Below are positions 62,301-64,000 of a DNA stretch of 64,000 bases, piece after piece. The stretch is from the human T2T-CHM13v2.0 reference genome, Homo sapiens: assembly GCF_009914755.1 (NCBI RefSeq), contig NC_060945.1; one strand, 5' to 3'. Under the pieces are notes generated by a model. The model was not told the DNA's origin. It saw only the letters and a program-made list of their open reading frames with translations, and did no database searches. The first letter of the stretch is position 1; the number at the start of each line of letters is the position of its first letter. The translations under genes were made by a program, and so were the position numbers.

Positions 62301-62519
62301 GTAAGTTTACTACGCATAGACTTTTAAACTTCAACCAATGTATTTACTGAAAATAACAAATGTTGTAAATTCCCTGAGTGTTATTCTACTTGTATTAAAA
62401 GGTAATAATACATAATCATTAAAATCTGAGGGATCATTGCCAGAGATTGTTGGGGAGGGAAATGTTATCAACGGTTTCATTGAAATTAAATCCAAAAAGT
62501 TATTTCCTCAGAAAAATCA

Positions 62520-62546
62520 AATAAAGTTTGCATGTTTTTTATTCTT
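62520..62546 (+). terminator. Intronic polyadenylation signal of the short BAGE transcript
   Basis: AATAAA 62520-62525; from memory the BAGE cDNA ends ...tttattctt(A)n at ~62546. Confidence 0.7.
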
Positions 62547-64000
62547 AAAACATTTTAAAAACCACTGTAGAATGATGTAAATAGGGACTGTGCAGTATTT
62601 CTGACATATACTATAAAATTATTAAAAAGTCAATCAGTATTCAACATCTTTTACACTAAAAAGCCATCCAGTTGAAGAATTAGAAGACAGTTCACTCAGG
62701 TGTTATTTCAGGATTTACGTTAATAGGAACACCAAACACTTCTGAAATTCTTGGAAATTGTGTATCCCTGATAGGTGTGATAGAAATCTCTGCTAGCACC
62801 TTTTCATGATTCATCTATCTTAGTCATCTGTAATCTGCAGTTGTGCTGTTTTTCTTTCTTTTCCAAATAGTATTTTATAATTCAATGAAAATGTTTAAAT
62901 GCTTGAAATTTACATTATACAGGAAATTATAACTCTACTATTGTATCATTAAATAGAGATCTCTCCTTTTTCTTACTAGGTGTTTTCCCAATGAGCATGT
63001 ATATTTTAGGATCTATTCTCTCTTAGTCTATTGAATTTCCAATCTTATTATGAAACCTCCATGATATTTTATTCAGTCTTTTTTATGTCACCTCTTAGTT
63101 ACCTAATGTTAGCTTTTACCTGTTCCTTAGCAATGTTGATAAAAGCTTTTTTTTTCCTATCTTCTCAAGGTCTGTGAAACATAAGTATAGCTACCCCAGG
63201 CTTAAACTAATCTCAAATACGGTTAGTGTACATGATCATTACCCTTTATCTTTGTTGAGTACCCTAATTTCATTTTCCATTAAAATTATTTTGTATCCAC
63301 ATATGTAATCATATCACCCTTAGTAACCTAGTGTACAGACAAATTATAGGTACGGCAAACTAAAATTTTAAATTATATTTAAGCTAATAAGGGATTTAAA
63401 GTTTTAAAATGCTTTAGATTGTACACTCTTCAATCTGGAAGAGAAGAACTTTCATGCACAGCAACTGTTGTGGCTACTATTTATGTACTGAGTTACTTCA
63501 GCAAGTGCATACACTGGCAGTTATCAGAGTGGATTATATTCTGGATGGCATAATAAATATACTTTGTCATCTCAATAAAACAATTTTATGTGTATGTAAG
63601 AATCTGAATTTTATTCAGCCTTTTGTGTAGTCATGCTTTAGACCTCAGTAAACAACATGCAAACTTGTATAAGAATGTTGCTCTAATGTTAGAACGTTTT
63701 TTACTCAATGGCAGTGCTACTTTCTACTGAAAACTGTGTTCTAATAGTGTATACCTTCAGTTACATGTTAGCAATCATAAATCAGTTTGTAAAATAATAA
63801 ACTAAATACTGAAGTGAGATAATTTGCTGTTGTTGATCATGTATATAATGAAAGGTTTATGGCAACATAAAGCTAAAAGACATACTAAAATTATGAGTAC
63901 TCTGCCTTTTTCCAAAATAGACTTATGGAGACTCATAAAAATACATGAGCAATAGGATAAAACTAAAAATAAGTAAGGAAATTTGGCAATGGAAAATTTA

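Noticed and set aside
62042-62350. Functional KMT2C gene or a stand-alone 102-aa PHD protein
   Set aside because: Only one exon is present, it lies downstream of BAGE exons and carries paralog-type substitutions; the ORF ends are intronic.

Overview
Human (hominid) repeat-rich genomic DNA carrying a BAGE-family (B melanoma antigen, cancer/testis) chimeric gene on the + strand. The gene has a GC-rich promoter and exon 1 (~7749-7963, ATG 7949), exon 2 (9433-9602, alternative donor after 9533), an antisense-Alu-derived exon (60640-60730) and a KMT2C/MLL3-derived PHD-finger exon (62138-62300; terminal form with AATAAA at 62520). The short isoform encodes 39 aa (MAAGAVFLAL...EDGTAL*). The long isoform reads the KMT2C exon in a shifted frame. 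The most striking unexplained structure is the promoter: a ~600-bp diverged palindrome centred at 7616/7617, with three ATTGG and three CCAAT boxes in exact mirror positions. It is flanked by a C-rich repeat array on the left and a G-rich array on the right, and the BAGE exons appear to be built from the same repeat unit. The rest is roughly 50 Alus, L1, L2, MIR, MaLR, Tigger1, hAT elements, a Y1 RNA retrocopy and a 1.1-kb in-phase (GGT)n tract. Almost all ORFs in the supplied track are repeat artefacts. Family names, reference proteins and reference mRNA structure are recalled from memory, not searched. Repeat boundaries are approximate.
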